DNA from: a virus | Lineage: Duplodnaviria; Caudoviricetes | Reading direction: 5' to 3' (one strand) | Virus record (IMG/VR): IMGVR_UViG_3300010366_000018 | Location: 1 to 46,814 of that record | DNA length: 46,814 nt | Part shown: positions 27,941 to 36,455 of the stretch, piece by piece | How positions within the stretch are numbered: the first letter of the stretch is position 1 | Layout of the letters: each line of letters starts with the position of its first letter | The notes under the pieces: model-generated | Databases searched by the model: none | Told to the model about the DNA's origin: nothing | Seen by the model: only the letters and a program-made list of their open reading frames with translations | Made by a program: the position numbers and the translations under genes

Positions 27941-29939
27941 GTGTGTGTCGATCAATCCTGAAAGGAGCGTGGGCGTGGACATTGATGCGATGGAGTCCGA
28001 GGATTTTCTCGACGTGGTATGGGGTGAGCGTGGGGGCTGGGTCGATCTGCCCGCCAAGGTCGGTGCGTATTGGGTGCCATATTACCTGCAATGGCCCGCG
28101 GACACGGAGGTAACCCGCCGCATCGACTCCTGCCTACGCGACGGTGAGTCTGTTTACTTCAGTGTAGCCAAGTTCAAGAGACGGGGTAGGGATTATGAGG
28201 ACATGCAAGCTACTCATTGGCTTTGGGCTGACCTGGACGAGATTCATCCCACAGAGGCTGCAGATCTGGGCCTCATGCCGACGATGGCGTGGGAATCTTC
28301 GCCCGGTAGGTATCAGGCTCTGTGGAGGTTGCACAAACGCCTACGCCCGGAGATACAGGAGCGCATCAATCAGGCACTATCCTATCATCTTGGAGCCGAC
28401 CAAGGTGGATGGGACAGAACTCAGGTCCTACGACTTCCTGGGACTAGGAATTTCAAGTACGCTGATGGCCCGGCCGTGCAGCTTCTATGGTATGAGGAAG
28501 AACTTTCCTACTCGGCCAAGAGCATATGGGATGTGGTCAAGTCTAGCGCACCGCCTGCTGAACGCGTATTCTCTGCAGTCCCTGTGGTACGAGGGGACAT
28601 GCCAGCCAAGGCGCGCGCTTTGCTTCGGGTGGGAGCTGACCAGGTCGTTGAGGGAGAGCGCTCGGCCAGACTGTGGGAGCTGGAATGCTTACTTGCCGAG
28701 GCAGGCTGGGGCGAGGACGACATCTATGCAGTGGTGGAGGCAAGCGCATGGAACAAATGGGCTCGGGTCAGAACGGGCGAGCGGCGGCTTCGTCGGGAGA
28801 TAGCGAAGGCGATTCGGCATGTGCGCGCTAAGGCCACTCCCCTCGGGGAGGGCGAGGAAGCTGAGGAGGAGAAGCCCATCGAACGACTGCCATGGGTGAG
28901 GTACTCGACGTTCATGGCGGTTGATCTGCCCGACCCCAAGTGGCTGATCGAAGACATATGGACTGCGGCATCGCACGGCATCGTAGGCGGTGAGCCGAAG
29001 ACCTCGAAGAGCGGCCTCGCATTGGACATGGCAATCTCGGTTGCGTCGGGCAAGCCGTTCCTCGGGCAGTATCCCGTACACACACCGGGGCCTGTCCTCG
29101 TGGTGCAGGAGGAGAACGCTCCGTGGATGGTGCAGGACCGCATGCGTAAGCTCGCACGTCTACACAAGCTGATCGGGGACAAGGAGTTCGTGGAGGAACG
29201 CGCGGAAGTCGGTTCGCTGGGCAAGAAGACTGTGGAGATCGAGTTCCCAGCGGACATACCCCTGCGGCTGTTGAACAACTACGGCATCGACCTCACAGAC
29301 GAGGAGGACCGTGAGATGCTCGAGGCCGAGATTACCAACGTGCGACCAGTGCTCGTCATCCTCGACCCGCTGTACCTCATCTTCGGCGGCGTCGATGTTG
29401 ACCGGGCTAACCTGCTGTACCCATATCTGAAGTGGCTGCTGTACTTACGGAACGAGTACAACACCGCCATCGCTGTAGTCCACCACTTCTCGAAGGCACC
29501 ACAGGGTAATAACACGGGCCGACGCCGCTCGGGTCAGCGACTGAGTGGGTCTCATACGCTGCATGGATGGGTCGACTCGGCTATCTACTGCGGGCAGATC
29601 GAGGATGATCGGGCGGGATATGTGGGCGTGCGTGTCGAGCCTGAGTTCAGGTCGATGGCGCCTCGCCGTCCGATGGACGTGCGCCTCTGGTGGGGCTCGC
29701 CTGGTGATCTGGCGATGAAGGCTGAGATCTCGCGGTTCGACCTCACTGGGCAGATCATCGAGCTCGTGCGCGAGCAGCCGGGGATCACGGTGAATCGCGT
29801 AGCGGAGATCACTGAGGCTTCGCGTCGTACTGTCCTCGGGCGGGCGCGCGACTCGGCACTGATCGAGATGGCAGGTGGGCGCCGCGGGCGTGGCCACTCG
29901 TGGCAACTCTTCCTGTCGGAGAACGGCAGCGATGGCTAA
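27939..29939 (+). CDS. Primase-helicase (RepB-like primase + AAA_25/RecA-like helicase); true start probably 27968-27990
   Basis: LWADLD, ESSPGRYQALW, VLRLPGTRNFKY (primase); GGEPKTSKS, VILDP, VVHH (helicase). Confidence 0.9.
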   Translation: MCVSINPERSVGVDIDAMESEDFLDVVWGERGGWVDLPAKVGAYWVPYYLQWPADTEVTRRIDSCLRDGESVYFSVAKFKRRGRDYEDMQATHWLWADLDEIHPTEAADLGLMPTMAWESSPGRYQALWRLHKRLRPEIQERINQALSYHLGADQGGWDRTQVLRLPGTRNFKYADGPAVQLLWYEEELSYSAKSIWDVVKSSAPPAERVFSAVPVVRGDMPAKARALLRVGADQVVEGERSARLWELECLLAEAGWGEDDIYAVVEASAWNKWARVRTGERRLRREIAKAIRHVRAKATPLGEGEEAEEEKPIERLPWVRYSTFMAVDLPDPKWLIEDIWTAASHGIVGGEPKTSKSGLALDMAISVASGKPFLGQYPVHTPGPVLVVQEENAPWMVQDRMRKLARLHKLIGDKEFVEERAEVGSLGKKTVEIEFPADIPLRLLNNYGIDLTDEEDREMLEAEITNVRPVLVILDPLYLIFGGVDVDRANLLYPYLKWLLYLRNEYNTAIAVVHHFSKAPQGNNTGRRRSGQRLSGSHTLHGWVDSAIYCGQIEDDRAGYVGVRVEPEFRSMAPRRPMDVRLWWGSPGDLAMKAEISRFDLTGQIIELVREQPGITVNRVAEITEASRRTVLGRARDSALIEMAGGRRGRGHSWQLFLSENGSDG

Positions 29940-30264
29940 GTCTCATCACCCCAAGAAGGGGGATCTGTACACCATCATCGGTCCTGAGATAAGAGACCTA
30001 CTCGAGCGTATGCGCGCGCGCCATGAAAGTTGGAGGCAGGTATCTTACCTATCGCATACCCGCCTCAAAGTGCTACGTCGCTGGCGTCGTGACGATGGCC
30101 CCAGTGCTATCTCCATGACCAAGCTTGACGAGTTGATTACGACCACAGAGGTGGGTGATCTCCGCGATTACACGTGGTATACGGCTGATGAACTGGTAGC
30201 AATGGGCGTTTGGGATGCGCCTTACCCACCTATACATGGCAAACAGGGTCGTCGTGATGCCTAA
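29932..30264 (+). CDS. Hypothetical protein, possible HTH
   Basis: SWRQVSYLSHTRLKVLRRW helix pair; overlaps the primase stop. Confidence 0.6.
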   Translation: MAKSHHPKKGDLYTIIGPEIRDLLERMRARHESWRQVSYLSHTRLKVLRRWRRDDGPSAISMTKLDELITTTEVGDLRDYTWYTADELVAMGVWDAPYPPIHGKQGRRDA

Positions 30265-30299
30265 AATCCCGGTCCTCGTGAAAAATCCTCTCTGCCCCG

Positions 30300-30347
30300 A
30301 TAGATACAAATGCGTATCTATGTACCCTATAAGGGTACGATACGCAT
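30300..30347. repeat. Nested inverted repeats in an AT-rich intergenic region
   Basis: ATGCGTATC/GATACGCAT enclosing GTACCCT/AGGGTAC; alternative ATAGATAC/GTATCTAT. Confidence 0.75.
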
Positions 30348-30381
30348 GATTATCGTCCAACATCCGATATGTGGAGGTGTA

Positions 30382-30582
30382 ATGTACCGCACTAAGAAGA
30401 CAGGTTACGCAGTGAGCACGCTACGGTTGAAGGTGTTGGCGATGAGGAAAGAGGTCGTAGCGATGGGCGAGGATGGGCGCCTTGACCCTGACAGGGCTGA
30501 GGATATCCGTTATCACCTGTCCAAGTGCATGAGTGCCATCGACGAGTACCATTACGATGAAGACGCCGGTCCGCAAACGTAA
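30382..30582 (+). CDS. Hypothetical protein (66 aa)
   Basis: GGAGGT RBS + ATG. Confidence 0.65.
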   Translation: MYRTKKTGYAVSTLRLKVLAMRKEVVAMGEDGRLDPDRAEDIRYHLSKCMSAIDEYHYDEDAGPQT

Positions 30583-30835
30583 GCTCGCGGATGAGGAGAT
30601 TGACAGGTTCTACTCACACCTGCACAATACTCCCGGGTACAAGGAACTGATTCGCCAACGTATCAGCGAGGAGCAGAAGCGCCGACGTAAGATCGAGTTC
30701 CGATTCGCCACTCGCGAGCGCGCCTTGTGGAAGCGTTATCACCCCGATGAGCCGTATCCAGGCTCGCGCCTCGATCAACTCAGGGCTGGGGAAGATGTAG
30801 ACAAACTGGGAAGAGAGGTTGAAGGCTGTGGATAA
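30557..30835 (+). CDS. Hypothetical protein (92 aa)
   Basis: Overlapping operon arrangement. Confidence 0.6.
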   Translation: MKTPVRKRKLADEEIDRFYSHLHNTPGYKELIRQRISEEQKRRRKIEFRFATRERALWKRYHPDEPYPGSRLDQLRAGEDVDKLGREVEGCG

Positions 30836-31265
30836 TTTCATGGCGAGGCCCACCGATGTGCTCGTCAGCTTTATGGCCCACCGACGTGAGATGCCTGAGA
30901 ACATGATTAGAGAGATGCTCCCGCTGGGGCGCTTGTCTATGGCCCTCGAGATCATCACGGTGATGAGGTTGCTGGAGGAGCACCAACTGATGGCCGAGCA
31001 TGAGGCTATGGTCGCGTGCCTGCAAACCCTCCTGGTCGACCAAGACTATGGCGAGCTGGCACATGAGTGGTATGAGCACCTCGCAGAGTGGCGTCGCATC
31101 AAGCTTGTCCCCGGCGAGAGCGGCTCCGAACCCGACGCCTCGATCGCGGCCCCCGACGTTCAGCCTTCTGAGCACGCAGTTCCGCCAGATGCTCCTCCTC
31201 CGCTCGATAGTACCGACGCTCTGCCCGGTAGCGATCAAACGACGGACCTTCCATCAGGCGAGTGA
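30819..31265 (+). CDS. Hypothetical protein
   Basis: Operon coupling; helical N-terminal region. Confidence 0.6.
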   Translation: MKAVDNFMARPTDVLVSFMAHRREMPENMIREMLPLGRLSMALEIITVMRLLEEHQLMAEHEAMVACLQTLLVDQDYGELAHEWYEHLAEWRRIKLVPGESGSEPDASIAAPDVQPSEHAVPPDAPPPLDSTDALPGSDQTTDLPSGE

Positions 31266-31464
31266 TCGGTATAGCCTTGCGCAGCAGCTTGATCCACGCA
31301 CCGCGCTTGACATGGATCTCTGTGGCATAGTGCAACCCGGGCTGGTAACTACGTACCGTGATGTAGCCCTCGTAAAACAGGATCTGGATCGTACCTTTAC
31401 CGTTAGGTAAAGACACGGTGTACGGATGATCGTGCTGTCGTGTATAGTTGCTAAGCTTGCCCAT
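31099..31464 (-). CDS. Hypothetical protein (121 aa)
   Basis: GAGGA RBS + ATG; protein-like N-terminal 70 aa; convergent overlap with 30819-31265. Confidence 0.5.
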   Translation of the reverse strand: MGKLSNYTRQHDHPYTVSLPNGKGTIQILFYEGYITVRSYQPGLHYATEIHVKRGAWIKLLRKAIPITRLMEGPSFDRYRAERRYYRAEEEHLAELRAQKAERRGPRSRRRVRSRSRRGQA

Positions 31465-31673
31465 TTGTCCTCGATTCGCGTGTGTTCATGCGTCCCAACA
31501 TCGTTCCACAGGCGTACCAGGGGCGTCCTTGGTTTGATGCCACATGACGTGCGTATGACACATCGAACGCGTAGTCGTCGAACCCTGGCATCCCTTGGTC
31601 ACGCAGATAAATGGCGAGCCCACAGAGAAGGGCGGGCCAGTCGTGCACCCGCCCCATCTGCCGGCAGTGAGGA

Positions 31674-32285
31674 CTACTTCTTCGCCCGTGAGCGAGCGGG
31701 CTTCTTGGCGGGAGCCTTCTTCGCGGCACGCTTCTTCGGTGCCGGCTCCTCCTCCTCATCCTCGTCTTCGTCCTCATCCTCGTCTTCGAGTTCGTCCTCG
31801 TCCTCGTCGACCTCAGCTGCCTTCTTCTTGCCCTTCTTCTTCTTCGTGTTGCGGGACTTGAGCTCCTCGAGCCTCTCGTCACGCGCTGCCTTGAGAGCCT
31901 CCTGCGCGTCCTCGAGGTCGTCGAATCCGAGCTCTTCGAGCGCGTCGTCCACGCTCTCCCACTCGTACCGGTTGTTCTCGTTCTTCTCCACGCCCTTGGA
32001 ACGGAGCATGACGCGGAGGTTGCGGCCGTCAGTCCCCAGTGCCTCAGCCAGTTCCGATGACCCGATGGTCCCGGATACTGCCTTCTTCTTCTTCGCGGCC
32101 GCCTTCTTCTTCGACTTCGCCTTCGGCTTCGGAGCTTCTTCGTCCTCGCCGTCGTCGTCGTCTTCCTCGACGTCCTCGTCATCGACGTCTGCCTCGTCGT
32201 CGAGGTCTTCCAGGTCGAGTTCCTCGTCGTCCTCGAGCTCGTCGTCGAGTTCCTCGACCTCTGCCTTGCTGCGCTTACGGGGCAT
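31674..32285 (-). CDS. Histone-like protein with acidic/basic blocks and a central HTH
   Basis: D/E and K/A blocks flanking IGSSELAEALGTDGRNLRVMLR...RYEW; AAGGAGGG RBS. Confidence 0.8.
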   Translation of the reverse strand: MPRKRSKAEVEELDDELEDDEELDLEDLDDEADVDDEDVEEDDDDGEDEEAPKPKAKSKKKAAAKKKKAVSGTIGSSELAEALGTDGRNLRVMLRSKGVEKNENNRYEWESVDDALEELGFDDLEDAQEALKAARDERLEELKSRNTKKKKGKKKAAEVDEDEDELEDEDEDEDEDEEEEPAPKKRAAKKAPAKKPARSRAKK

Positions 32286-32350
32286 ATGCCCTCCTTACCT
32301 GCCCTGATTATATGTGGCGTGAGCGGGGCAGTAACACATCACGTAGTACT

Positions 32351-32379
32351 ATTATACATGATCCAGCTGCCCCTGTCAA
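32351..32379 (-). promoter_or_regulatory. Perfect-consensus sigma70 promoter
   Basis: TTGACA-17 nt-TATAAT. Confidence 0.85.
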
Positions 32380-32403
32380 ACGGCCATACGGTTGAACGTA
32401 AGA

Positions 32404-32441
32404 GAGGGCGTGGATGCGAATCGCCTAACACCCACGCCCTC
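32404..32441 (-). terminator. Hairpin downstream of early genes
   Basis: GAGGGCGTGG / CCACGCCCTC stem followed by TCTT on the minus strand. Confidence 0.55.
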
Positions 32442-32445
32442 GATG

Positions 32446-32625
32446 CTACTTGCTCAGCGGAAGCGCACGGAGCTTCTCGGTCTTGATGACCTGCTTCACG
32501 AGCAACCGACCATCCTCGCCGTTGGAGATGTCGACCTCCTCAGCGTTCGTGTTAGCCACTGTGGTCGCAAGCTGCTGAACCTGCTTAGCTGTTAGCCTCA
32601 CATTGTTGCCATTACCATTCGCCAT
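32446..32625 (-). CDS. Hypothetical protein (59 aa, not in ORF track)
   Basis: AAGGAGGTGAGG RBS; MANGNGNNVRLTAKQVQQL... Confidence 0.7.
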   Translation of the reverse strand: MANGNGNNVRLTAKQVQQLATTVANTNAEEVDISNGEDGRLLVKQVIKTEKLRALPLSK

Positions 32626-32630
32626 TTACC

Positions 32631-32789
32631 TCACCTCCTTCGTAGTCTAAGGATGCGCTTGTACCCCATACGCTTCGCCCATCGCTTGGCATATTTGTCG
32701 GCTTTGACGACGGTTGGGGCGTAGAAGACGTGGACCTCATTGTCGATAGGGGTCCTGTACCGGTATGGTCTGAGCTTACCTCGTTGCAT
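32631..32789 (-). CDS. Small basic hypothetical protein
   Basis: MQRGKLRPYRY...; a competing overlapping frame exists (32612-32863). Confidence 0.4.
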   Translation of the reverse strand: MQRGKLRPYRYRTPIDNEVHVFYAPTVVKADKYAKRWAKRMGYKRILRLRRR

Positions 32790-32855
32790 ATCCGTAGTAG
32801 GTCGAGGGCATGTGCATAACCCTTCGCCGGCGTCCATGTGGGGTCGAGCATCTCA

Positions 32856-33029
32856 TCAGACATCCGGGAACCGTGCGTCAATGAAGTCCGTGACGTTGCC
32901 ACAGATCATGGCACATCGGTTCAGGGTAATGAGGATCTCGTTCACGGCTGCGTCGACCATCGCTTGATCCTCGGGGGTGATGATTTCGCCGAACCAATCA
33001 CGCCCATCCGGGGTGCTGCTCGTTGCCAT
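32856..33029 (-). CDS. Hypothetical protein (57 aa, not in ORF track)
   Basis: GAGGG RBS; MATSSTPDGRDWFGEIITPEDQ... Confidence 0.6.
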   Translation of the reverse strand: MATSSTPDGRDWFGEIITPEDQAMVDAAVNEILITLNRCAMICGNVTDFIDARFPDV

Positions 33030-33288
33030 TGCCCTCGACCCTCCCTTCCTTGTCGACTAGGGAGTTGTGCACCCAGATGGTTTGCGGCCTGTGACACGCG
33101 GGCGCGTTGTGATACCGCATGGGATCCTCACCTTCGTATATGAGGCCCCATGCTTCACCTCCGTTGAACATGTTGCTGTAGGCTACGATCTTGACCACCA
33201 GCGGGTCGTAACCGTCCTCGTCGTTACCGTAGAGACCGTTGCCTGCGATGATCTCATCGACGATGGCTTTGCTCGTTACAGTTGCCAC
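32998..33288 (-). CDS. Hypothetical protein (96 aa)
   Basis: Protein-like sequence in the early operon. Confidence 0.7.
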   Translation of the reverse strand: MATVTSKAIVDEIIAGNGLYGNDEDGYDPLVVKIVAYSNMFNGGEAWGLIYEGEDPMRYHNAPACHRPQTIWVHNSLVDKEGRVEGNGNEQHPGWA

Positions 33289-33306
33289 GTGCTGTCGTCA
33301 CTCCCT

Positions 33307-33567
33307 TCAGTTTGGGTTGGGGTCGTCGGTTGAGGGAGACCCGTTCGGATCTACGATCTCCCTCAACAGGTAGATGACACGTTGGACCTGTGCGATGTCA
33401 TCAAGGAGTCGCGCGAGGTTCTGACGGTCGATCTCCTCGCGCCACTCGGTTTGCTCCTCGCACATTTCGGACAGCTGCTCGATCAGCTCGTCAAGCACTG
33501 CGTATGCGTCCTGGCAGTCCTCAGCGAGTGTCGACTCAGCCCCACGATCCATGTCGTCCTCGATCAC
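33307..33567 (-). CDS. Acidic helical hypothetical protein
   Basis: AAGGAGGAG RBS, GTGA overlap. Confidence 0.65.
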   Translation of the reverse strand: MIEDDMDRGAESTLAEDCQDAYAVLDELIEQLSEMCEEQTEWREEIDRQNLARLLDDIAQVQRVIYLLREIVDPNGSPSTDDPNPN

Positions 33568-33794
33568 GCAGCGCTCCTCCTTCTCTTGCGGTTCGCGCGC
33601 AACCACACGCGGAACCTGTTCGATTCGATTGACCACACCGGCCCCATTCGCAGCCGGAACGTCGGCTTCGGCATCTGACCCCTTGCAAGCCAGTTCGACA
33701 CAGCCTGCTGGGTCACACCACACGCCTCAGCGATTTCGGCAGTGCCGTAGAACCCCTTCGCCTTACCGTTGCTGATTCCCTGTTTCGCCATCAT
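33564..33794 (-). CDS. HTH DNA-binding protein (AlpA/excisionase-like)
   Basis: YGTAEIAEACGVTQQAVSNWLAR..MPKP...GPVW; GGAGGTG RBS. Confidence 0.8.
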   Translation of the reverse strand: MMAKQGISNGKAKGFYGTAEIAEACGVTQQAVSNWLARGQMPKPTFRLRMGPVWSIESNRFRVWLRANRKRRRSAA

Positions 33795-33820
33795 TAGTCA
33801 CCTCCCTTCCATGCGTTGTC

Positions 33821-33865
33821 ATCATGTGAACATCGTACATGATCCTGTGACCGTTGTCAACTATC
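33821..33865 (-). promoter_or_regulatory. Early promoter, copy 1 of a 45-bp repeat
   Basis: TTGACA-17 nt-TACGAT; 43/45 identical to 34692-34736. Confidence 0.8.
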
Positions 33866-34076
33866 CGAAATCTCCATGGTCACGATCATAGAGCTTGCAC
33901 GCGAGGGACCAGATTCGCCCTGTTGCCTCGACCCCGTGCTTGCCCAGCAGCTCGTTGTAGTAATCGACGGGATCCGCATCGAACCGTTCAGTTGCTGCGA
34001 CCTCGTGCGCGATCTCTACCTCCTGTGCGCTTGGCAGCCCGTATGGGGCGTCGCCTCGCGGTGACATGGATGTCAT
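33861..34076 (-). CDS. Hypothetical protein (71 aa)
   Basis: AGGAGGG RBS, ATGA overlap. Confidence 0.6.
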   Translation of the reverse strand: MTSMSPRGDAPYGLPSAQEVEIAHEVAATERFDADPVDYYNELLGKHGVEATGRIWSLACKLYDRDHGDFG

Positions 34077-34354
34077 GCACCACCCTCCTGTGGTCGGAAT
34101 GCCTGGTGTAGCTCGTCTCGTAGGTTGCCCTTGACCGTGTCGTACATGTCGCCCATCGCTGCTGCACCCGCGTCCCAACCCGCGACGTACATGGCGAGGT
34201 TCGTTGGCGTGTATACCCCTTCCGCGATGGCAATGTCGGGGTTGTGGATCTCGCAATCGGGATCCGTGCAGTTGTTGATGAGGGCGTGTTGCAGGTTCTG
34301 TTCCTCAACGGAGCTGAACGCTGAGTCCTTCGCCCAATCGTACGGAGCTGTCAT
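34073..34354 (-). CDS. Hypothetical protein (93 aa)
   Basis: ATGA overlap; C.DPDC..H motif. Confidence 0.7.
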   Translation of the reverse strand: MTAPYDWAKDSAFSSVEEQNLQHALINNCTDPDCEIHNPDIAIAEGVYTPTNLAMYVAGWDAGAAAMGDMYDTVKGNLRDELHQAFRPQEGGA

Positions 34355-34587
34355 TTGATTAGTCCCATCTCTCGCCTTACCTCGATCTCGATCTCATCCC
34401 TCGTGTGTGGTCGGAATGACATCAAGGTCCCTATCGTCTCGACCCAATCGCCGAGATCCTCAGCCCCCTCCATTCGGGGGTCGTTCTGGAGGTCGTCGAT
34501 GAGCGCGATGATCTCCATGCTGTTGCGGACGTATTTGCGATGCCAGCCCAAATCAGGGGGAGCCATGCTCTCGTCACGATCTGCCAT
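34351..34587 (-). CDS. Hypothetical protein (78 aa)
   Basis: AAGGAGG RBS + ATG. Confidence 0.7.
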   Translation of the reverse strand: MADRDESMAPPDLGWHRKYVRNSMEIIALIDDLQNDPRMEGAEDLGDWVETIGTLMSFRPHTRDEIEIEVRREMGLIK

Positions 34588-34696
34588 TGATCCTCCTTCC
34601 GATTGCGTGGTACATTCCGCGACGACGGTAGATGATACCGTATCGGAACGTCGCAAGTCCGAGACGGAACGGGCGTATGTGGAGTTTGACGATCAT
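34574..34696 (-). CDS. Possible leaderless small basic peptide (40 aa)
   Basis: ATG 6 nt after the TACGAT -10; overlaps the next start. Confidence 0.4.
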   Translation of the reverse strand: MIVKLHIRPFRLGLATFRYGIIYRRRGMYHAIGRRINGRS

Positions 34697-34736
34697 GTGA
34701 ACATCGTACATCATCCCGTGACCGTTGTCAACTATC
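34692..34736 (-). promoter_or_regulatory. Early promoter, copy 2 of the 45-bp repeat
   Basis: TTGACA-17 nt-TACGAT. Confidence 0.8.
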
Positions 34737-34818
34737 ACATTCCCGTGGGTTCTAAGTCGGACGGCCATGGACCTGAATGAGCGGATACGCATGGTTTGCA
34801 GTACGGCACGTGTGCGGC

Positions 34819-35217
34819 CTAGTTGTCGGATGGTTCGAAGTCGATGCCAGGGATGTTGAGGAACTTGCCCTCGCGGATGATGAATTGGCGTTGCGTATCG
34901 AATCCCTGCACCATGTCGCGGATTGCGTTGGTTCCGTTCACGGTGTCAATGTCGATCCACGCGAGGATTTCGTGGGATCCCCCTTCGTCCCCGTCGGAGA
35001 TGACGCATTGGAGCAGGTAACAGTCCCACAACATCGGGGTCAGCGCGATGAATTCCGCGTGGCCGTGGAGGTTGCGTTCGGGGTCGTACACGGTAAACAT
35101 GTGGACGGAGTAACGGAAGTCGTCGCCCTCGGCCTCGGCCCATAGGTTCAGCCATTGGACATACAGGTCGACGGCAGCGATCATGTAGTTGGCGGGGTTC
35201 ATTGGCGGGTTAGGCAT
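34819..35217 (-). CDS. Acidic hypothetical protein (132 aa)
   Basis: AAGGAG RBS + ATG. Confidence 0.7.
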   Translation of the reverse strand: MPNPPMNPANYMIAAVDLYVQWLNLWAEAEGDDFRYSVHMFTVYDPERNLHGHAEFIALTPMLWDCYLLQCVISDGDEGGSHEILAWIDIDTVNGTNAIRDMVQGFDTQRQFIIREGKFLNIPGIDFEPSDN

Positions 35218-35464
35218 TGTCGGTCCACTCCTTGAGTTGGTTGCGGATTGCGTTGTGTAGGGTCTCGTCCTCAAGTACGGCATCACGTTCGGATCCTGCG
35301 TTGGTTATGTCGGCGACGACGCAAGCGATGACGAGGTGGATGGCGTCGGTGAGTTCGTTGAGGCGGTCCGGATTGAGGAAATACAGGCCAGGCGATTCGG
35401 GGATTGGTACACGAATGTCGTTGGAGCATCCTTCGAGGATGATGGCGGATGCGTTCGAGTGCAT
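35210..35464 (-). CDS. Hypothetical protein (84 aa)
   Basis: AAGGAGG RBS. Confidence 0.7.
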   Translation of the reverse strand: MHSNASAIILEGCSNDIRVPIPESPGLYFLNPDRLNELTDAIHLVIACVVADITNAGSERDAVLEDETLHNAIRNQLKEWTDNA

Positions 35465-35465
35465 G

Positions 35466-36008
35466 TTATGCCTCCTTCGATTCGTCGAGCAGCTCCTTCA
35501 GCCGCATGAGGTTTTCGTCGAGGAAGTCGGCCTCCCATTCGGAAGGCGGTCCTTCGAGTGCGATGGCAGAGTCGATCACACGGACGAACGTGGCGAACGT
35601 GTAATCCGGGTGGTGCCCGATTGCGATGAGATCCTGCGCCATCACGTACAGCATGTCGAAGGCGCCGGGCCAGTAGTCGAACGTGTCGTCGTCAGCCCCA
35701 CGAGGGCCTCCCATCAGTTGCGATGCGAGATCCTCATAGACCTGGTTGATTTGTTGCGGGTTCCCTCGCACAAGCATCAGCCGTGCGTGGTCGTCGTAAT
35801 AACCGTTGTAACGCGATGACAGATCCTTGAAGACCATGGACGTCGTCATCGTAAGGTTCACATCGGTCACGTTCAATGCCTGCATCACCTGATCGACCTC
35901 GTACGGATCGTAGATGCAGCGAGCGACTCCCTGGAGTGGATATTCCCCGTGGTAGTCGCATACGAGGAGCGAGGCGTAGCCGTATTCGGTGTTGTGTTCG
36001 AGGATCAT
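35466..36008 (-). CDS. Acidic hypothetical protein (180 aa)
   Basis: GAAAGGA RBS + ATG at 36008. Confidence 0.7.
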   Translation of the reverse strand: MILEHNTEYGYASLLVCDYHGEYPLQGVARCIYDPYEVDQVMQALNVTDVNLTMTTSMVFKDLSSRYNGYYDDHARLMLVRGNPQQINQVYEDLASQLMGGPRGADDDTFDYWPGAFDMLYVMAQDLIAIGHHPDYTFATFVRVIDSAIALEGPPSEWEADFLDENLMRLKELLDESKEA

Positions 36009-36033
36009 GGTACCGTCCTTTCGTTGTGTGGTT

Positions 36034-36069
36034 ATGCGTGAGGCCCCCGCGTAATGAGGCCCCACGCAT
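36034..36069 (-). terminator. Intergenic hairpin
   Basis: Minus strand ATGCGTGGGGCCTC / GGGGCCTCACGCAT, 14-bp stem with G-U pairs. Confidence 0.5.
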
Positions 36070-36072
36070 CGT

Positions 36073-36252
36073 TCAGGCGTTGTCGCGAGTTCGGATGAGT
36101 TCCTCAATCGCGATGAGGTTCTGGTGTTCGGCCTCCGACATTTTTCCATCGTTGTCGAGGGCATGTGCCAGGACGACCTTCATCAGGTCAATCGCGGTTC
36201 CGTACGGGTCGACCATCATGTCGTCCTCAAACAGGATCCGTGATTCGTTCAT
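36073..36252 (-). CDS. Hypothetical protein (59 aa)
   Basis: GAAAGGA RBS + ATG at 36252. Confidence 0.65.
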   Translation of the reverse strand: MNESRILFEDDMMVDPYGTAIDLMKVVLAHALDNDGKMSEAEHQNLIAIEELIRTRDNA

Positions 36253-36315
36253 GGTACCGTCCTTTCGATCATCGGGCGCGTGGTCGGTTGTCAAGGATCA
36301 CATTCGTTCATAACA

Positions 36316-36344
36316 ATCATACACAATGGAGGATCCCCTGTCAA
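36316..36344 (-). promoter_or_regulatory. Early sigma70-type promoter
   Basis: TTGACA-17 nt-TATGAT. Confidence 0.8.
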
Positions 36345-36455
36345 CCGTCCGTGTCCTGCTATGTGATTGATGTTACGAGGTAAACGCGCACGACCCGTGG
36401 CTCTGGCATGGATCTACCAGTCGGGCGGGACCTGGCCCAATCGTACAATGTCCAT

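Noticed and set aside
31426-32307. 293-aa poly-Ser ORF on the plus strand (similarly 16479-16776)
   Set aside because: Antisense shadow of Asp/Glu codon runs
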